A DNA stretch of 64,000 bases from Octopus vulgaris (Eukaryota). A program made the translations under genes and the position numbers. Of this stretch, positions 50,549 through 63,571 are shown piece by piece. How positions within the stretch are numbered: the first letter of the stretch is position 1; the number at the start of each line of letters is the position of its first letter. The notes below the pieces were generated by a model. It did not search any database. It was given only the letters and a program-made list of their open reading frames with translations, and was not told the origin of the DNA. Where the stretch lies: the NCBI GenBank assembly GCA_951406725.2, contig OX597826.1, positions 20,212,001 to 20,276,000 of the forward strand, read 5' to 3'.

Positions 50549-53029
50549 GATAGAATTAGTAAAAATAACTGTGAAAACGAAGGAAGTGAATTGCAAAATT
50601 CCTCTCCAAAACGATGTTGACCGTTTCTTTTTAAAGTTATTGTGCAGAATGAAGAATATAATACAAATGGTAAGAGGGGGGAAAAAAGTCATATTTTCGA
50701 CTGGAATCAGAGAATAAATCTTACACATTGTGATGAGTAATAGTTCCTGTTTTAAGAGTCAGTTTCCGAGTGGAATAACCCAGTAACACATAAAAAGACC
50801 ACAGAAGGCCATTTAAAAGACAGGAATGACGAATTAAAAGATTACAAACCGAATACTTGATAAATTATTTTTCTTTTATGTCAGTAAAACCAGTGGAACA
50901 AATGTATTTCAGTTATTTATGGCCTGTTTAGTGTTTTTTAAGGGACAAAGTTCTTATCATGTCATAGTCCTGAAGAGGATTTCATGCTGGGAAATGAATG
51001 AACACCACACATTCCATTCTCATTTCCCTTAAACTATCCGTCCTTTGTGTCTATACAAGAAAGAAAAAAAAAGGATTTAACCAACTTAACCTCACCAAGC
51101 AGAGGTTTGAGAAGTTCTTTACTTTCTATGAAGGAAAAAAAAATAGAAGAGGCGCAGTTATCGTCACGTGGTTAAAAAGTTTGTTTCGTGTCCACGTAGT
51201 TCCGAGTTCGAATCTCCTGCACGGTAACCGCGCAAGTGTCTCCTACTGTATCTTTTGGTTGGCTAATACTTTAAGAATGTAATTTAGAAGACAGAGACTG
51301 TGTAGGAGATGATCTCGTGTGTATGTGTGTACGGATGGGGGATTATATATTTAATTAAATAAATAGAAGGTTGACTAAAACCTTTGAATACTCTGACCTC
51401 AGCATGGCTTCCGTTTAAAAACTGAAACTAGTAACTAAACTCCACAATTATATCAAATATATTTCAAGTATGGTAACACTTTATTTTATCTAATATAGTT
51501 TTTACAACAAAAGCCGGCGAGCTGGCATTCATCTGTCTTTACGTTCTCAGTTCAAATTCTTCCGAAAATTCACTTTGCCTTTCATCCTTTCGGGGTCGAT
51601 AAATTAAGTACCAGTTGCATACTGATACGCCCAACATGAATTATCTTTTTCTTTTACTTGTTTCAGTCATTAGACTGCAGCCAAGCTGGGGTACCACTTT
51701 GAAGAATTTTTAATCGAATGAATCAACTCCAGAACTATTTTTTAAAGCCTGATTATTCTATCTGTCCCCTTTGCCAAACCGCTATGTTACAAGGACGTAA
51801 ATAAATCATCACCGACTGACAAGCGGTGGTCTCACGCGCGCGCACATATATAGATATATATATATATATATGCCCGTAATAAAATTTCCTCTGTATTAAC
51901 ATCTTAGGTTTCTTAGTGTCTTGCCCCTTTAACTGGTAATTAAAATCATGATTTAAAGACTTCCTCTACCCTGCCTCTTTTTATAGACAGTTACTTATAT
52001 CCAAAAGACTTCTCCCAATGTCTTATTTCCTCCCTGGAGGAAAAGGATACATATGATAATATTTATGGCCATACCCCTAGCCATGAGCTGTCAACTCACT
52101 CTTGTCTCAGATTTAGTCATTGATAAAGGGATGAATGAATTACAACTCTTATAACCCTATGACCCCACTATGCTCCATGCGATTCTTAGAAAGAGTAATC
52201 TATTCTTAGTCAAAATGGCGACAACATGAATTTCTTCCATCTTCTTACCCTGTTAAAATATTTAAGAAAAATTATATTAATGTGTCCTACTTGCTAAAAT
52301 TCCATTTATTTGTGCAGTTGAAGATAGCCTTGCATTTAAATTGATGTAATGATTGCATTGTTCAATTAAATGGGGTCGCTTGAAACGGTCGTACTGCATC
52401 ACTACTTGATATCTGTTGCTTATTTTGATTACACACATACACACAATGGGCTTCTTTTAGTTTCTGCCAACCAAGTCATCTACGGCTGAACCGGGAACCT
52501 TGAGGCTGAGAAGCAAACATCCTACCACACAACCAAACCTGCCTCTATTAAGACATTGTCACAATTTACCATTTGCCCCACATTAAAATCTGATACCGAG
52601 AAAAAAAATCTCGGTTGTCTTTCGTTCCCTTCGTATTTCGTACGTGTTTAATATTTAATTGGGGTTTGGTGAAGTTGATACAAGGTAATATGCCAAATTG
52701 AGGGCGTTTCCAACAGAGGTAGCATATTAGTTTCCTGTCATAGAAGTATTATATATCCCTGCAGTTGTGATAAATATGCAGTTATGCACATGGAGAAACA
52801 TATCATTCTAAAGTTCAAATTGCATTTAGAGTAATCTGGAATCTTTTGTACAGTAAATGGTCCACCAACGAAATGAAATTCCTCGATAGTTGATTTGAAA
52901 AAGCCTCCTCGACTGTCCAAGGTTAACTTAGCCATCACTCATATGTGAATAGGACCTGGTCGCTGATGTAGATACTCTCTTGGCACTCCCACATTTCTTC
53001 CAGAACATTGACTCTTGCATCATCTTCAC

Positions 53030-53155
53030 CTGAGTAGATTGGTGAAATGAAGAACCTTGCTCAAGGACACAACGCACCGCCCAGTTCCAGAATAGAACTT
53101 ACGTTATTACGATCGTGAAGCAAACGCCCCTAACCACTCCGCTACGCCCTTTCAC
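53030..53155 (-). mobile_element. Short tRNA-derived SINE head
   Basis: GGCGTAGCGGAGTGGTTAGG..CACGATCG..GGGCGGTGCGTTGTGTCCTTGAGCAAG; related to the copy at about 20060-20330. Confidence 0.7.
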
Positions 53156-54394
53156 CCTTGTAAAAACTAACTCTTCTTTTTTCCAAGTTGAGATTCGAAA
53201 CCGAATCTAAGGACTCTCGCTCGTCTGATCCACTACGGGCCAAACAGGCGCGAAAATAATTTCTTTGTTCCGTCAGAAAGTGATGGACGGATTTCTCTTC
53301 GACCTCCGATCTGAGCTGGGTCATTGATAGTTCAAGTGGACACGAGGCGACCTACATAGGGGATGACCATTCTAAATACAGTGTGACACACGACAGATAA
53401 GCAGACAGCCAGCAAGAGGCAAACGGTCGACAGACAGCAGTTAACTTGTGCCAGTCAAGCAGCCAACACAGAACTACGTATTCAGCATGAACAACACAAC
53501 ACAGTCGCAGAACATAAACAGACACGACCGAATGACCAACACACACACACCCACACAAAACACTCCGGTTCTACCTCATCACATCAACACAGTATTTCTC
53601 CTGTTTATTTTTTACTTCGCCAACTTGAAGCAAGTTGGTAATGTTATGTAGCGGATTTCCTTGTGTATACGACACGTAAATGCAAGTGTCGATTAAATAA
53701 ATTATCTAAGCCACAATCCGATGCCTTCCCATTGTTTTACTTTAACGTCGTCCACATGTCTATTTCATCCGCTCCCTCACCAACATCTTTTGCTACACGT
53801 CTCGCTACAACTTTATTGAATAATATATCAAGTCACTAAAATAGATAATGACATATTGTAATATCGAAATATAGTTTGTAATTGTGTGAAGAGTCCCGAG
53901 GCAGAAGACGATTAATTCAGAAACCATGTTTTTCGTTTCAAATTAAAATAAAATCAACAGATGTGCAGGTGTGACTGTGTGATAAGAAGCTTGCTTCTCA
54001 ACCACAAGTTCCGAACTCAGTCCCACACCGTGGCATCTTGAGCAGGTATCTTCTACTATAGCCTCAGGCCGACCAAAGCCTTGTGAGTGGATTTGGAAGA
54101 TAGAAACGGAAAGGAGCCCGTCGTGTATGCATATATAGATATATATATATATATATATTGACAACCGGTAATGGTGTGTTTGCATCCCTACATTAGCGGT
54201 TCGGCAAAGGAATCCGATAGGACGTGTCAGGCTTAAAAACAATGCACTGGGATCGATTCATTCGACTAAACTCCTTCAAGGCGGTGCCCCAGCATGGCCG
54301 CAGTCTAATGACTAAAACAAGTAAAAGCATGAAAGATGTATCGAGGTTAATTTTAAACAAGAACAAACCCTGAGAAAATCTAATTTCAGAAGAA

Positions 54395-54911
54395 ACTTTG
54401 GCTTCTGACCTACAACTTGGAGGGCGATTACTTTCGGTTAGTTTCTAGTTTCTTTACCTTGCAAAACTCGCGCTTATTTTAATTATTGTATTAGTTATTC
54501 TTGGTTTCTTATTACTATTTTCTAAGACATAACTGAAACATGGTATTAAATAGAAACATTATCATTTCTAAATCTCTCAACGAGAGACATTCAGTAAAGT
54601 AAAGATTATTTGCCAACATGATGTGACAGTCCCAGTTGAGACGAATGTTACTGTTCTTTTAGCCCCAGGAAACATCGTCTCCATACAACACACAGATAGT
54701 GCCACATTATTTTGGCAAATAAACATGGTTTTATCATTATTATTAAAATAGTAAGAATTTTGAAAAAATATATTTACAATGCCAAGTTTTACAAAAGAAT
54801 TTACTATGAAAAATCTTCAGCCAACATCTTAAGGGTTTTTAAAAATTAAAACGTAAACTAAAAAATGACCTAAAGTAATCGCCCTTTAAGTCGTAGATCA
54901 CACGCCAAAGT
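54395..54911. mobile_element. MITE with about 45-bp imperfect TIRs
   Basis: ACTTTGGCTTCTGACCTACAACTTGGAGGGCGATTACTTT versus AAAGTAATCGCCCTTTAAGTCGTAGATCACACGCCAAAGT. Confidence 0.7.
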
Positions 54912-55388
54912 AGCTCCGATATTACTTTGGAAAAACTCTTTCTCGTCGTCGAAGATTTCCATCGTGTGTCTGATAAATATAATGTGGAATGAAATGCTTC
55001 ACATATCGACCTTCAGATGAAGTCAACAAACAGAACCAAACTAAATGTAGTGACGAAAGTAGGGACTCCTGGGTGTGGAGCCGAATGCGAAAAGACTCTG
55101 AAATATTAATTGTTGGTGAATCATAGTTGTTTAGTTTGTAGAATTTGAGACGTTCAGAAGAGTTTGTCCGCAGACAAAAGAGTTTTAGTCATTGTTAGTG
55201 CCTCGTTGGGTAACGTTAGAGAGGGTGCCAGTCTTTTCCAGCACCACAGTCTCGCAATCGCCTGCAGTAGTGCTGTGTGTCATTTTAAACACGGTAGAGG
55301 TAAATACCAATAATTTTAGTAGTAATAACTGAGGAAGTATATTTTTCGTTTTATTTTTCATATTGTCCATATTAGCTTATACTAAATG

Positions 55389-55539
55389 ACCGTATTTTAA
55401 CGTGTATCAGGAACAATATTTTGTCAAAAATTAGGTTTAAAAAATATGGGAGTTTCTTATACATGGATAGTATTATAATCCCTTACAAAACCTTTTTTTT
55501 TCCAAATTAGGTGGTTCCTTTTACACGTTAAAATACGGT
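55389..55539. mobile_element. Small MITE (pogo/Tigger-like ends)
   Basis: Perfect 18-bp TIR ACCGTATTTTAACGTGTA / TACACGTTAAAATACGGT. Confidence 0.75.
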
Positions 55540-55679
55540 GTGTTACCAATCAATAAACCGTGTTTATGTCTGTTTAACAATAATTTTCCTCTCGCCTTGT
55601 AAATTAATTTTTCTTAAATTATCTCTTCTAATATTTGAGAGTCACTAACATTTATCCGTAATTTTTTTTTTTCATCAAT

Positions 55680-56014
55680 TACGAGTAAAATTCCGCCCTT
55701 CATCACTTTGATCACCTTGAGTTGTTTCCCTTAGGTAATTCCACAATTACCTCCCTTCGTTACTAAGCTTCCCAATGTAAACAAACATTCAACTCGCTTG
55801 GATTCCCAAATTGATTCTTCACTACATTCCAATGAGTTTTACGTAATCTCTATTAAAGTGATGGTTTTTGTTTCAGAAAAAACTCTGAGGGCATTTCTAG
55901 GAATTTTCAGCATTTGTCCAGCAAATTTCTATTCCAAGCGGCAATCTATTCTAATTGCTAGAGGCATTTGCTATCAAACGAGGAACAACAGACGAGTGAA
56001 CTCTTGGGCTGACA
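55680..56014 (+). promoter_or_regulatory. Possible CCDC24 promoter and non-coding first exon
   Basis: CpG-retaining unique sequence ending in a strong donor ACA|gtaagt (56014/56015); the CCDC24 ATG exon begins with an acceptor (ctgtttcag), implying an upstream UTR exon. Confidence 0.4.
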
Positions 56015-56949
56015 GTAAGTGGCAACGTAGAGACGTCATTTACTTCACTTATTTTTACATTTTGACTCTTTGATTCTGAAAGTTTGAGAATATGGTTCGG
56101 AGAGAACTATCAGTGTATCGATTGCTAGAATTCCCATGTATTAAGCAAATACACCTTCATGTTGTTGTTTGGTACCAGATTGGTTCTGATTGAGCAGATC
56201 GATGGTCAGAATTATTCTAGCCAGGAACAATTCGAGTGTGATAGTAACTACATTGTCTTCAGTAGATCGTGTGAAGGCGGTCACTCACGGACTACTGTTT
56301 CTGGTGGGATATTATCCTAGAACACTAGATTGACAGAATCGTTGGAGCACTGGATAAAATCTCTTTTATATTACGAGTTCAAATCCTGCAGAGGCCAGCT
56401 TTGCCTTTCATCGCTCTGGGGTGAAAGGCAAAGTTGGCTGCAATAATTGAACAACCCCTCTCTCCTCAAAATTACAGTCTTGTGCCAAATTCGGCAATTA
56501 TTATTATTATTATTATTGTTTTACTTCTCAGAAAGTTCGGTCTTGTTTGTTCTGGTAGATTCTGTGAGAATGGACAGCAGCCTGCCGTCAGAGGTCTCAT
56601 TCTGCACATTATAAGCTATGATACTTGGTTGTTAATTATCATGGGTGACATTCAACATCCGAGTACCAAACTCAACTTCATTAAGGTGTTGATCCAGTGG
56701 GATCATTAGAGCAAAAATGTGCAGTGGCAATTCTTTTGATTTGTTACATTCTGAGTTCAATTTCTGCTTGAGTCAACTTTGCCTTTCATCCCTCCAGGAT
56801 GAATAAAATACAGGGGTCAGAACCCCAGTACTTGACTGGAACTGAACAAACATTGGCAACATGAATAATATATTTTTCTTAATCCTATGTAAGTGCGTTT
56901 GTTAATTAATTCAAGTTGCCAATCACTTGCAGTACTGCTATTTAAATTT

Positions 56950-57680
56950 GAAGAGACCAATTTAGTTCCATCCTAATTTATGTTGATACAAGCTCTGGCT
57001 ATAAGATACCAGTCTCTCTGTGGCCAAGAAAATGAGCTACTGATCTCCGATGAAGTGGTAACAATCAGCCAAATTTGGTTCCGTCTGCCAATTTGTTTCA
57101 ATAGCGGAATATAAATCAAAGAGGTTAGTGACTTCAAGTAACTTGAGCCCTACATTGCTCACAAAGATATCCTTACATACAAGGGACTAGCTTAGAGCAC
57201 CTTTAACAAGCTGTAAAACATTTGACAATCAAGTATTTTATCAAAGTCAACAAGGCTGGTCTTTTTCATGGCATGTGTAGAAACAATTCTTCTCTATGGA
57301 ACCAAAACCTGGTCTGTGAAGGAGTTTCAAGATCACCTTAATGGTACATAGACTAGACTTCTGAAGGGGATGGGGGGGGGCACGAAATAGCTCAAAGCAT
57401 GAACACAAGACAAAGAAAGGACACATTGCTCTCATCTCTACAATTACTGCTTGGTTTAGGATAGGCTTTTCTGGTCACTGCTATCAAACTGAACAGAAGG
57501 CTATGACGGATGTTATATTTGGGAGACTTCTGGACCTTATTAAAAGAAGAAAACCACTCAAATACATTGGTGTTATTGGTAGAGATCACACAGAACATGG
57601 AATTGAGGATCTACCAAAGCAATGGTGGACAGAAGTTCTTGGAACAACAGTGTGAGATGCAGCTTGATTGTGGCTGTTTG
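56950..57680 (+). mobile_element. RTE-clade LINE 3' relic
   Basis: VSDFK*L, FFMACVETILLYGTKTWSV, FSGHCY, LPKAMVDRSSW motifs across frameshifts. Confidence 0.75.
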
Positions 57681-57717
57681 AAGAAGAATCACAGGAAATA
57701 GTCCAGCTGATCTCTCT

Positions 57718-57950
57718 TATTTCTTTATTGCCCACAAGGGGCTAAACATAGAATGGACAAACAAGAACAGACAATGGGATTAAGTTGATTACATCGACCC
57801 CAGTGCGTAACTGGTACTTAATTTATCGACCCTGAAAGGATGAAAAGCAAAGTTGATCTCGGCGGAATTTGAACTCAGAATGTAACAGCAGACGAAATAC
57901 TACTAAGTATTTCGCCCTGTGTGCTAACGTTTCTGCCAGTTCGTCGCCTT
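57718..57950 (-). mobile_element. Family-2 tRNA-derived SINE, young full-length copy with TSD
   Basis: Minus strand GGCGACGAACTGGCAGAAACGTTAGC..GAGTTCAAATTCCGCCGAG..GGGCAATAAAGAATAAG; flanked by direct repeats TGATCTCTCTT. Confidence 0.85.
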
Positions 57951-58185
57951 TGATCTCTCTTCTTGGTCACAAAAGGAAAACTGTCTGATTTAAACACAGA
58001 ATCTACTTTTTCACATCAAGGTCATAACTGTGTGTTTTATAAAAAAAAAAGAAAAAACATTTCCTTTACTTATTTTTACTAATGTCATATAATTAATTCT
58101 ATTAATACATAGCATACACATTTGCATGTGTGTGTGTGTCTATCTAATGTATGTCAATATCTGTTTCAGGTTCTTCTATTGAAAC

Positions 58186-58365
58186 ATGACTGAAAACACC
58201 ACAGAAGCAGCATGTCTACCTCGTCCTCTTTATTCACATCTTTATAGAATTCCATTATCGGTGTGGAAGCTGATAGAACAGACAGTCCCAGATTCTGAGA
58301 GACAAGAAATCAAGAATATTTTAGGTGTTGGTTTGGTTGAAGAAAGTATCCAGCTCCAGAATGAG
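58186..58365 (+). CDS. CCDC24: Coiled-coil domain-containing protein 24-like, coding exon 1
   Basis: MTENTT..PLSVWKLIEQTVPDSERQEIKNILGVGLVEESIQLQNE |gtgagt; resembles CCDC24 [30 protein letters not shown]. Confidence 0.85.
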
Positions 58366-59233
58366 GTGAGTATATACCCCAGTTACTTGTGTATAAACAT
58401 GAGGAATATCTATATAGTTGCTGGAGAAAAAAACTGCTTTTCCACCTTCTTTCTGTTTCTTTACAGTTTGGTTCCAAATGCTGCCAAAGTCAACTCCAGC
58501 TCCAGAAATGGCAAAAATAAAGTGCTAGTATTGGAGTAGATGGTACCAACTAACCCCCACCTTTAAATTACTAGCTTGTACCTCAATTAAAAACCATTAT
58601 TATTATTATTACTACTGTTGTCCGCTGAGGCCCCTGCACTGGTGGCAAATAAATTATCATCATCATCGTTATTATTATTATTATGGCAATGTGCTGGTGG
58701 AATCATTATGGCACTGGACAAAATGCTTAGCAGCATTTCTTCTGGCTTTATGTTCTGAGTTCAACTTTGCCTTTCATCCCTTTTAGGGGGTCAATAAAAT
58801 AAGTACCAGTTGAGCACTGGGGTCCCTGAAACTGCTGGCCTTGTGCCAAAACTTGAAAGTATTATTATTATTGGGGTGGTAAGCTGGCAGAATCGTTGGC
58901 ATGCTGGACGAGATGGTTAGCAGCATGTCGTCTGTTGTTATGTGCTGAGTTCAAATGTCACTGGGGCATAAATAAATACCAGTTGAGCATTGGAGTTGGT
59001 GTAATCAACTCATCCTCTCCCCTAAACTTGCTGGCCTTGTGCCAAAATTTGAAGGCATCATTATTATTATTATCATTATTTCATCATCATCACCAACACA
59101 AAACTGGGAATAAATCAGTTTCAGATTTAGTGAGTTTAAATCCAGTTGAAATTTAAGAGTTCAGGCTTGTATTATAAACAAATGTTCTGTTTTTGCATAA
59201 TATTGTTATTTTTGGAAACAGACTTTATATTTC

Positions 59234-59267
<34 letters not shown>

Positions 59268-59270
59268 TAG

Positions 59271-59428
59271 CTTGAAACTTTGCAAGAGATTTTCACAGAA
59301 TATCATGAAGGGAATCGGTCCCAAGTCGCACCCAGAATTCCTGAACCTCCAACAGCAAGAGAGACTTTAATTAAGGAAATTTCTTTTCTGATCTCGAGTA
59401 TCAAAGAGAAGGCAGAGTATAATGGATT
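59271..59428 (+). CDS. CCDC24: CCDC24-like coding exon 2
   Basis: ttttgtag| LETLQEIFTEY..IPEPPTARETLIKEISFLISSIKEKAEYNG(L) |gtaagt; phase 0 to 2. Confidence 0.85.
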
Positions 59429-60221
59429 GTAAGTAATTACTTTACTAATTACTGTTTTAATTTCTTTAATTAACTGAATTGTTATACATCTTTGTATTTA
59501 TTCAGATATCAGGTGTTTGAAAGTAGATTTTGTTTTTTACTTTTCTTTTGCTTTACTAAACAACAATAATTTGTGGTTAATCCTGAAGTCAAACACAGAA
59601 TTCTTGCATAACACTCAATGTCTTTGTAGACTGTTGAAGGTTTCTATTTCTTTCGTATTTAGTGTATGAAAAGAAAGGCAGAGGGCACCGTTCTCCAGAC
59701 AAAATAATTGCAGGAAAATGACTTGACTTGACTTAGAATCAAATGTTTTATTGCAGATCTGACTTGTTCAGCCATAACTGTTCATCTAGCACACACACAC
59801 ACATTGTTATACACAAATGTCATCGTCGTTTAATGCCTGTTTTCCAAGCTGGCATGGGTCAGAATATGATTACTTTGTAAAATTTTAACTTTAAAAAAAT
59901 ATTTTACCTTTTTGAAGTGTACCAATAATTTTTTTTTTATCTTCAGGGCATCACAAAGTCAAAAGATTTCAGAAACATAGCCATAGTTAAATATCAATCA
60001 AACATTTATAAAATAAGCCTGTTGTATATATATAAATGTCACATAAAACAAGACGACAAATGCCACAATAGCTGTGATACAGGATTGATATATAACTACA
60101 TATCTTAAGTATTTTAATTGTCCTAATTATCCAATATCTAGTTAATTTCATTGCTCAAAAATCTATGTTAATCCAAGACTAAGACATTAAACTAATTCTA
60201 CATCATATTGGTCTACTTTAG

Positions 60222-60286
60222 GGATTCCAGTCAAGTACTATTGAAATTTAACAAAGAAATCCGTGACTATGTTTCACAACAGCAAG
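60222..60286 (+). CDS. CCDC24: CCDC24-like coding exon 3
   Basis: ctactttag| DSSQVLLKFNKEIRDYVSQQQ |gtaatc; phase 2 to 1. Confidence 0.75.
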
Positions 60287-60633
60287 GTAATCTCTGCTTT
60301 GCTTACTTCCATGTTGTTTTCTAACAGTGTTACTCTAGCAGTACCAGCTTAGACTAGGCTCCACTGATGAGGTCTGATAATACTGAAACACATCCAGAGT
60401 TATCACCCTTCTGCCAAAGATCAGAATTGCTCCATTATATTGTTTGTAATTTTAATTTCCAGAATTGTCTCCCTTGCTTGTCTTATTTGATTAAAATATT
60501 TAGGCTCTCTATATCAATTAGGTCAATACCAAGTTTATCATTATTGTTCCATGTTTGTCTTGTAATACCAAATCCATCAACCTCAATACCAAGTTTTGAA
60601 TATATCTTGAAGTATGAAAACATTGTCTTGTAG

Positions 60634-60715
60634 AAATTTACCAAGAAACAAAGCAATATGATTCCAGTTCATCTGTGATGAGTAAAAACCAATCAATATC
60701 TTCAAATATCAATCA
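60634..60715 (+). CDS. CCDC24: CCDC24-like coding exon 4
   Basis: tcttgtag| EIYQETKQYDSSSSVMSKNQSISSNIN |gtgagt; the best-supported open exon bridging phase 1 to phase 2. Confidence 0.7.
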
Positions 60716-61338
60716 GTGAGTAGAAATATTTTTTCATAGAAATTCTAGGGAAAAAAATTCCAGTAAATGTTAGACTTTTGTTTATAGATAAACCATTCTT
60801 TCATCATTGGTGCTGCTAAGTTTTATATTAAAATCTATCAACAGAACACAGCAGAAGATTTCATCCTTGATAGAATAAGTCTGCTGGGACCAATTTCTGA
60901 GATAGACAAAAGCTTCAACTGAGTAGATTAATAATATACTTGACCTAATCAATCTTCAGTAAAGCAGTAGAACCAGCTGCCATTACTGCCATTGCCAATA
61001 CCATTATGGAGAGAGATGACAAAGGGACATTGGGTTGCAGGTGGAAGAGGTGGAAAGACAAGATGGGATGTAGTTTGGTTCACTGGGGTGGTAGAGATGA
61101 ATTAATGTAATGTGTGGGAAGCACATAATACACAGCACTTCTGGACCTCAATATCACTGAGGTGGGTGGGTATTGCCAGATACCATGGTTGATTGTCATC
61201 TCCTCTGTTAAGCTCAATATCCTGAGATCAGATCTCACTACTTCATCCCAAGTCTTCTTGGGTCTCCCAATTCTGCAGGTTCTCTCCGTTTAAAGTGATT
61301 GGCACTGCTCTCTAATGTCTTCATGTTTTCCATTGCAG

Positions 61339-61425
61339 ATGTTCGAATTCAATGAAAGATGAAATCCAAGCCATGATACATTCCTTGAATTACTTAAAGA
61401 TTGATGATGTTGCTCAAGATTTAAG
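61339..61425 (+). CDS. CCDC24: CCDC24-like coding exon 5
   Basis: cattgcag| CSNSMKDEIQAMIHSLNYLKIDDVAQDL(R) |gtcagt; cf. LNVSNIDQVARHLR. Confidence 0.85.
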
Positions 61426-62339
61426 GTCAGTTTTTTAATCAATTTTCTGAAATACATGTTATTGTGGTTATTGAACTCAGCAGAGTAGTGTTGATGCTTT
61501 ATCTCTTGTAACTTAGCAGTTTGGCAAACAGAAATCAATTAAACAAAATCTGGGTTGGTATGATTGAGTAAACTCTTGCAGTCAGTGCCCTGGCATGGCT
61601 GCAGTCTGGCACCTGAAACACACTCATCCAGAGTGCCACAAAGTGTTCATCTTCTGGATTTCATTCCCAAGATTTTTAGGTCTGTTTCCAACACATAACT
61701 TTAATAGAAAACAGTTACCAAAAGATACTGAGCAATGGCATTGAACTTAGCTCTGTGTAGTTGCAAATGAAGCAAACTTTTAAAAGTGGCCCCATCTGCA
61801 CTCTAAATCAGATTTTTACAATTTTAACGAATTGTTTGAAATAATTGTTTCAGTTTAGTAAAATAGAGAAAATTATGAAGAAATATGTTGTGATTTGTAG
61901 GAGTTGTGTTAAGAAATGTAGGTTTTTAAAAGCCAAATTCAGGACATTAGCTGTGAATGAAACAATCCAATTCCAGGAGTTCAGTTTTGTTAGATTTAAT
62001 AGAAAAAATATTGGTGGTGAGGTTAAGAAGTTTGCTTCCCAACCACATCGTTTCAGGTTCAATCTCATAGCACACTACTTTGGATCAAATGTCTTCCACT
62101 ATAGCTCTGGGCAGATGTAACCCTTATGATGCCTTATTTCAATTACTTTGATATTCCTCACAAAAATTGTCTTTATTTGATTACGAATATTTGGAAAGAG
62201 ATATTAATGGAATTAGTATTTTAAGAATCTTCAAATGAAGCCATTGAATGTAATTAGCATAAGAAACATGATTAAAATTTATTATTTCAGCTGTATTTTG
62301 AATTATTTTTGACTCCTAGTTTGTGACTTTCTTCTGTAG

Positions 62340-62470
62340 ATCAAGACTAGAAGATGAAATAAGACAGCTTCTTAGAAATATTGAGCTTCTACAGAATAAT
62401 TTAGATATCACAGAACAATCAGTGTCCGAAACCGTTTCCACTTCCAAGAAAGTAATTCCTACAATCTCAG
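62340..62470 (+). CDS. CCDC24: CCDC24-like coding exon 6
   Basis: cttctgtag| SRLEDEIRQLLRNIELLQNNLD..VIPTIS |gtaaga; coiled coil. Confidence 0.85.
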
Positions 62471-62939
62471 GTAAGATATTTCTGGGTTGATTTCTTCATT
62501 TTTCACACCAATTTTCTGACAAGTTTTGTATTTATGTACTTGGTTAGAGGTTAATCATAATAACGATGATTTAGTAGAGAGGTCAAGATAGAGGCAGGTG
62601 TAGACATGTCGAGAAATACACTTTGAAACCACATAGCTCTGAGTTTAATTCCACTGTATGGCACAATTGGGTTTTGGGTACATGTCACCCACATTAACGT
62701 CAGATTGAGGCTGCAGTGCAGGGAAATTGGCCGAGGAAATCTCTTTGGAAATACATCAAATATATATATATACTCTGCTGAGTGGTTGGTGTCAGGAAGA
62801 GCATCCAGCTGTAAAAATCCTGCCAAAACAGCCACAGAAGTCTGGTGTAGGCTTCTGCCTGGCCAGCTATTGACAAACTGTCCCATCCATGCCAGCATGG
62901 AAGGCGGACGTTAAACGATGATGATGATATATGATGATA

Positions 62940-63160
62940 TATGAGGTGTGCTGAAAATTCCAGGCTTTAAAGGGTATTGTGAAAGGCCTGGTTGGAGGTC
63001 CAACCTTCTGAGTTCTTTTACAAGGCTTAGAAAAACTGAAGGACTGCTGCAGTAAGTGTGTGAATCTGAGAGGGGAAGATGTTGAATAAAATCATAATTA
63101 ACTGATCCTCCTGTATTTTCTTTTACCCAAACCCAGCAACTTTTCAGCCTGATCCCCTTG
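62940..63160 (+). mobile_element. Mariner-derived MITE
   Basis: Ends TATGAGGTGTGCTGAAAATTCCAGG and CCAGCAACTTTTCAGC; the interior retains the transposase end (GLEKLKDCCSKCVNLRGEDVE*). Confidence 0.75.
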
Positions 63161-63468
63161 TGTATATAAGCAAAAACTGGACGATGATGATGACATGCAC
63201 ACACACATATAGATTAGTTCATCTCCTGTGAGAGATTCTGTAAACTTCTGCCTGAGATGTGTGCATTAATGTCATATTGCAATGTGTTGAGTTACCTCTC
63301 TTTAAGCTCAAACAAAATTACAGAATTTGACCTTTGACATAAGTCCTATCAATATTTATGATGTCATAGGTTTATATCATAAACACTGTCAGATATTTAG
63401 GACATAGTAGTAGTATATTTATTTTGTGTGACTATTTTTTATGTAATTTGTTTTTTTTTTTTTTTCAG

Positions 63469-63571
63469 AGTTACGTCTTGAAAGAAAACTTTTAGAGGAG
63501 GAATTACTGAAAGAATCAACCAGCAGGAAATCCACACCATCACCCAGCTCTGCAGTCAAGCTACCAGCCAA
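63469..63571 (+). CDS. CCDC24: CCDC24-like coding exon 7 (gene continues beyond the window)
   Basis: poly-T cag| ELRLERKLLEEELLKESTSRKSTPSPSSAVKLPA |gtaagt. Confidence 0.8.

Noticed and set aside
50549-50728. N-terminal 60-aa extension of the 293-aa ORF
   Set aside because: Contains a polypyrimidine tract and acceptor at 50569; the ATG at 50548 gives a clean signal peptide, so the extension is probably intronic or UTR.
59947-59980. Candidate CCDC24 exon after the acceptor at 59946
   Set aside because: In-frame TAG after 11 codons; the exon at 60222 keeps frame and fits the family better.
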